Assembly (NCBI GenBank): GCA_041484665.1
Contig: JBGPIA010000001.1
Coordinates: forward strand, 96,001-160,000
Reading direction: 5' to 3'
Source: Candidatus Krumholzibacteriia bacterium
GTDB lineage: Bacteria; Krumholzibacteriota; Krumholzibacteriia; JAJRXK01
Length of the DNA stretch: 64,000 nucleotides
Positions 59,944-64,000 of this stretch are shown piece by piece. How positions within the stretch are numbered: position 1 is the first letter of the stretch; each line of letters starts with the position of its first letter. Position numbers and translations under genes: made by a program. The notes below the pieces were generated by a model. The model made no database searches, had not been told where the DNA came from, and worked only from the letters and a program-made list of their open reading frames with translations.

Positions 59944-60684
59944 ATGCGCCAGAGAATGATTTCGTATCCACGGGTTGCCCGGGTCAGAACGGCGGCAGCT
60001 CTGCCGATTGCCATTCTGCTCGCGGTGGTCTCGATCCGTCCTGCTGCAGCGGGCTGGAACGCAGTCTCCTCGGACGCGACGCCCGCCTCATTCCCACGGT
60101 CCGCCGAAACACGGTTGACCCTGTTGACGGGTGTTCTGGGCGCCATCGAGGACAACAACGCTCTGGGCGGTGACAAGCTTGGCCCGCTCGTGCAGCTCGG
60201 GCTGGAGCTCCCCGTCGGCGCCCAGTTCGGTCTGGACGCATACGCGGGGTTTCGGATGGTGCAAGGGCAGCAGGGGCAGGCGTCGATCCTCCCGGCAGTG
60301 GGACCTGCCGCGGGGGCGTTGTTCGGTGATGCGCAGATCGTTCGGTCGAGAGTCCAGGCCTGGAACGCAGGTGTCGGCCTGCGCCGGACGGTGGTCGGCG
60401 CGCGGCACGAGACGTACGCGAGCGTCGGGGCGGGGATCGTCTACGCACGCACCAAGCTGTCCGACGCGGTCAATGTCCCGCTCGACTTCGTCGGTGATCG
60501 CAGTCGCGTCAGCGACCAGTTCCACGACCTGGCGCCCGAGGTCCAATTCATGGCCGGCTGGAATCTGCGGGTTTCCGGGAACTCGGTCGTCGGGCTCACG
60601 GCCGGCTACCGGCATGCGTTCCTGTCTGAAGCGACCAACCTCAGTGGACTCGTCCTCGGCGTGAAGCTCGGCCGGTCGCTGTAA
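59944..60684 (+). CDS. Outer-membrane beta-barrel protein (paralogue of the upstream gene)
   Basis: AAGGAG RBS; signal peptide; shares VQ.GLE, AW..G, APEV.F..GW, GYR and SGL.LG motifs with the upstream gene. Confidence 0.7.
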   Translation: MRQRMISYPRVARVRTAAALPIAILLAVVSIRPAAAGWNAVSSDATPASFPRSAETRLTLLTGVLGAIEDNNALGGDKLGPLVQLGLELPVGAQFGLDAYAGFRMVQGQQGQASILPAVGPAAGALFGDAQIVRSRVQAWNAGVGLRRTVVGARHETYASVGAGIVYARTKLSDAVNVPLDFVGDRSRVSDQFHDLAPEVQFMAGWNLRVSGNSVVGLTAGYRHAFLSEATNLSGLVLGVKLGRSL

Positions 60685-60839
60685 CGCGCGGATCGCGGCC
60701 GCCGTGAGCCTGATCGCAGCGCTCACGGCAGGATTCACCTGCGAGTTGTGGCGCTGCTGGCTGGAGCCGTCCAACAAACTTCAGCGGCCCGTTCTTCGCC
60801 AGGGCCTTGGCGCTGCGTTCCAGCTCCGCAGGCGCTCCC

Positions 60840-61634
60840 CTACCGTCCCGTGAAGTTCGCTTTGCGCTTCTCCAAGTAGGCGGCGACGCCCTCGCGGGAG
60901 TCGCCGCTCTCGAACAGCCGCTGCTGCAGCTCGCGCTCGAGAGCCAGACCCTCGCCGAGCGCGGCCTCCAGCCCCGAGCACACGGCTCGCTTGATGTGCC
61001 CGACCGCCTTGCTGGCCTTGCCCGGCGGAACGAACTGGCGAGCGTACTCCAGCACCTTCTCCCACCAGCCATCGCTCTCGAAGATCTCGGTGACCAGGCC
61101 CAGCGGCTTGGCCTCGTCGAATTCCATCGTGCGACCGGTCACCAGGAGCTCGAGCGCCTTGGCCTTGCCCAGCAGCCGCGCCAGGCGCTGCGTGCCGCCC
61201 GTGCCTGGCAGCACGCCGAGGGTCACCTCCGGCAGGCCGATCTTGCCGCCGCCGCGCCGGGCAATGCGCAGATCGGCAGCCAGCGCGATCTCGAGTCCGC
61301 CGCCCACCGCATGGCCGTTGAGCGCCGCGATCACCAGCTTTGGCGTCTGCTCCAGGCGATTGAGCGTCTCGTTGGCGTGCAGGCAGAAGGAGTACTTGAA
61401 AGCAGGCGTAGCGGCGTTGAGCATCGTAATGTTGGCGCCGGCGCAGAAGAACTTCTCGCCCGCCCCGCGCAACACGATCACATGCGCACCCTCGTCCATG
61501 CGCGCCCGCAAGATCGCGTCGTCGAGCTGGCGCATCATCGGGTAGCTGTAAGTGTTGGCAGGCGGATCGTCGAGCGTGATCACGGCCAGGCCGTCGTGCG
61601 TCTCGGTGCGGATGAGGGTCTTCTGCTCGGTCAT
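60840..61634 (-). CDS. Enoyl-CoA hydratase/isomerase
   Basis: FFCAGANI, NGHAVGGGLEIALAAD, GLPEVTLGVLPGTGGTQRL (two catalytic Glu). Confidence 0.92.
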   Translation of the reverse strand: MTEQKTLIRTETHDGLAVITLDDPPANTYSYPMMRQLDDAILRARMDEGAHVIVLRGAGEKFFCAGANITMLNAATPAFKYSFCLHANETLNRLEQTPKLVIAALNGHAVGGGLEIALAADLRIARRGGGKIGLPEVTLGVLPGTGGTQRLARLLGKAKALELLVTGRTMEFDEAKPLGLVTEIFESDGWWEKVLEYARQFVPPGKASKAVGHIKRAVCSGLEAALGEGLALERELQQRLFESGDSREGVAAYLEKRKANFTGR

Positions 61635-61796
61635 GCGTCTCACCTCGGGGAACGCGGGGAATCGCAGATGCGCGCACCGGTGCGGCCGCGGCCCCGGACT
61701 GCGCGCCGGCAGCTGGCCGCTCGCGCCGCCGCGTGGACCGCAGGCGCCGGGGCCCAGTCTAGCGGGAGCGCGGCCGTTCTGCTAGCATCCGCCGCC

Positions 61797-62687
61797 ATGT
61801 CGGCCGAGCTTTTCACAGATTCCGTCGCGATCAACTCGATCGTCGTCGCCGGGGCCGGGGTGATGGGGCGCGGCATCGCACACGTGTGCGCCACCGGCGG
61901 CTACCGCACGTTGCTCTACGATGTCGACGCGCCGCAGCTGGCCAATGCCCGCGCCGGGATCGAGGCCAACCTCCACAAAGGCGTCGAGAAGGGGAAGCTC
62001 GCCTTGGCAGATGCGGGTGCGGCCACGCAGCGACTTGGCACGACGACCGATCTGGCCGCAGCCTGCGCCGGCGCGGACCTGCTCATCGAGGCCGTGCCCG
62101 AGCAGCTCGCCTTGAAACTCGAGTTCCTGCAGAGCGCGCAGCGGCATCTGCCAGCGCACGCGCCGATCGCCACCAACACGAGCGCCCTGTCCATCACCGA
62201 GCTAGCCTCCTGTCTGGCGGACCCCGGGCGCGCAGTGGGGATGCACTTTTTCAACCCCGTGCATCTCATGCAGCTCGTGGAGGTGGTGCGGGGCCTGCAG
62301 ACGCGCGATGCGACGATTGCGACCGTGCTCAGTGTGGCGCGCCGCATGGGCAAGACCCCCGTGGAGGTGAACGAAGCGCCAGGTTTCGTTACGACGCGCG
62401 TCAACGCGCTGATCGGCAATGAGGCGTTCTACATGTTGCAGGAGGGGGTGGCCAGCGCGCGGGACATCGACACCGCGCTGAAGCTGGGACTCAACCACCC
62501 CATGGGGCCGTTCGAGCTGGTAGACCTGGTAGGGTTGGACACACGCCTCTCGATCCTGCAGTACCTGCACAGGACGCTGGGCGAGAAGTTTCGCCCCTGC
62601 CCGTTGTTGGAGAAGTATGTCAAGGCCGGCCGGCTGGGCCGCAAGGTGGGGCGGGGCGTCTACGACTACAGCACGCCGCAGAGCTGA
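61797..62687 (+). CDS. 3-hydroxyacyl(butyryl)-CoA dehydrogenase
   Basis: GAGVMGRGIA, IEAVPE, ATNTS, GMHFFNP, PGFVTTR, HPMGPFELVDLVGLD. Confidence 0.95.
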   Translation: MSAELFTDSVAINSIVVAGAGVMGRGIAHVCATGGYRTLLYDVDAPQLANARAGIEANLHKGVEKGKLALADAGAATQRLGTTTDLAAACAGADLLIEAVPEQLALKLEFLQSAQRHLPAHAPIATNTSALSITELASCLADPGRAVGMHFFNPVHLMQLVEVVRGLQTRDATIATVLSVARRMGKTPVEVNEAPGFVTTRVNALIGNEAFYMLQEGVASARDIDTALKLGLNHPMGPFELVDLVGLDTRLSILQYLHRTLGEKFRPCPLLEKYVKAGRLGRKVGRGVYDYSTPQS

Positions 62688-62723
62688 GTGCACGCGCGCG
62701 CCGCAGCGTGCGCACCACTACCC

Positions 62724-63090
62724 CTACCGCCAATCCCCCGCCGCCACGAACGCGCCCCCGCTGAACGGGTGCGTGCTCCACCCGTGCGAGCGCTGCCGTC
62801 GCAGCAACTCCAGACTGGCGCTGCGGACCGCGCTGGCAGTCGTCTGCCCGTCGACCAGTCGCGCATGGTCGAGCGCCAGCATCCACCGCCGTGCCTGTTC
62901 GTCGTCCACGGCCCACAAGCCCATCACCACCGTGCGGGCGCCGGCGATCCGGAAGGCGCGGCGCAGGCCGAACACGCCTTCGCCCGCGGCCATCGTGCCC
63001 AGGCCGCTCTCGCACGCCGACAGCACGGCCCACTGCGTACCGGTGAGGCTGAGGGCGGCGATCTCCTGGGCGGTGAGAATCCCGTCCTTT
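62724..63090 (-). pseudogene. C-terminal fragment of a CHAT (caspase-like) domain gene
   Basis: DGILTAQEI..VLSACESGLG..GEGVFGLRRAF..AGA..VVMGLWAVDD..HPF; N-terminal part is missing, abutting the IS remnant. Confidence 0.8.
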
Positions 63091-63100
63091 CCGCGCCGAA

Positions 63101-63702
63101 ATGACGCGGGACTCCAACGCGATCGTCTACGCGCCCAGCCTGCAGGAAGCGCGCAAGGCCCGCGAGCACTTCGTACGCAAGTGGCGCGCCCTCAGCAGCG
63201 AGGTCGTGAAGAGCCTGGAGGAGGCGGGCCCCGAGCTGCTCACCTTCTACGACTTCCCCCAGAGCCCAGTGGGACGTGCTGGGTGACCACCAACGCGATC
63301 GAGCGGCTCAACGGGGAGTTCCGCCGGCGGACCAAGACGCAGGGCTCCTTCCGCAACGAGCAGACGGTGCTGGTGCTGCTGTACGGACTGATGATCTCGG
63401 GGCAGATCCGCATGCGTCGCCTCGACGGATGGAGCGACCTGGCGAAGATCCAGACGGCGCCGACGAGCGCAGCGGCGTAGGGCGGTCAGTCGATGATGCG
63501 AGACACCCGATATCTTGAACTACCCCCTACCTGGGAGATATCTTCGGAGCGATCGAACGCGTTCCTGGGGCATCCGGGGAGGTCGCTTCCACGGCTGACC
63601 GCCCTAGGAAGCGTATCCGGTGGTTGACGACGCTGACCTCGGCGTCGTAAGGAGGAACTTGGAGACTACGTCAGGGAAGTCCACAAGAAGCGGGACACGA
63701 CC
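63101..63702 (+). mobile_element. IS256-family remnant: frameshifted C-terminal transposase fragment (63101-63480) and probable right end
   Basis: LEEAGPELLTFYDFP | frameshift near 63265 | TTNAIERLNGEFRRRTKTQGSF..SGQIRMRRLDGW; TCCACAAGAAGCGGGACACGACC at 63680-63702 resembles an IS256 terminal repeat. Confidence 0.75.
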
Positions 63703-63882
63703 CGAGGCGCGAATCCGGCGAAAAAACACCGAACCGTCGTGCGCTCCGCTGGCGTCAGATCACTCGGGCGGGCCTCTGGGTCCCTGGGCGCCGGCCCTTC
63801 ACAATCATTGATAGCCCCAAAGGCCCTGCGAGACTTCATGGACCCGTGCCAAACGCAGCTCGCGTACTTTGGCTAGCCAGTC

Positions 63883-64000
63883 ATGTTCAGCAGGATCTAC
63901 TGGATCAAGAAGCTCAAGGCGTGGTTCGTACGGCTGAGGCTGCACACCGTGTTCGGACCTCTGTCCCGCGCCGGCCTCTTCCTCGCTTATCTGTCACGAT
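63883..64000 (+). CDS. Possible 5' end of a gene running off the window (MFSRIYWIKKLKAWF...)
   Basis: Open frame from ATG 63883 to the window edge; no clear RBS. Confidence 0.3.
   Translation, partial: MFSRIYWIKKLKAWFVRLRLHTVFGPLSRAGLFLAYLSR

Noticed and set aside
56457..62687. Complete phenylacetate (paa) pathway
   Set aside because: No paaABCDE, paaK or paaZ genes in the window; only generic beta-oxidation-type enzymes
63540..63660. Hairpins downstream of the transposase as an ncRNA
   Set aside because: Probably internal IS 3' sequence; no recognisable RNA family

Overview
Very GC-rich (roughly 70% by eye) bacterial chromosomal segment. Two secreted proteins with C-terminal 'PNPFNP...WDG' FlgD-Ig/T9SS-like tails suggest an FCB-group-related candidate phylum such as Eisenbacteria, Krumholzibacteriota or Latescibacterota (inference only). 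Left to right: (i) two large FlgD-tail secreted proteins flanking two paralogous 36/41-aa peptide genes that the ORF track does not call as such; they carry a lasso/RRE-type leader (YESPxxTKHQSLxxIT) and a conserved short core (FTNFGPP[G]S); (ii) a minus-strand operon of degenerate ABC ATPase, membrane proteins, MoxR, DUF58 and a giant VWA protein; (iii) sugar-nucleotide/envelope genes (two GDP-sugar SDRs, ugd, wecA-like); (iv) a HemC-fold protein lacking key catalytic residues, next to a P-loop protein; (v) TetR plus S41 peptidase; (vi) pyrR-pyrB-pyrC-TPR-pyrK-pyrD with a PyrR binding loop and attenuator; (vii) DsrE-like, dusB, LysM-TPR; (viii) TMTC-like glycosyltransferase, HGSNAT-like, alginate-export-type porin, ETF-QO, GT4, nitrilase, radical SAM; (ix) pilX-pilY1-like genes; (x) XrtA-type GT and deacetylase, GT4, acyP; (xi) acyl-CoA catabolic genes with two outer-membrane beta-barrels; (xii) a CHAT-domain fragment next to a frameshifted IS256 remnant. 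No rRNA, tRNA or CRISPR array was seen. The strongest novelty candidate is the twin RiPP-like precursor pair at 3478-3994. All calls are by motif recognition, with no database searches; many start codons were re-chosen by RBS or overlap logic.
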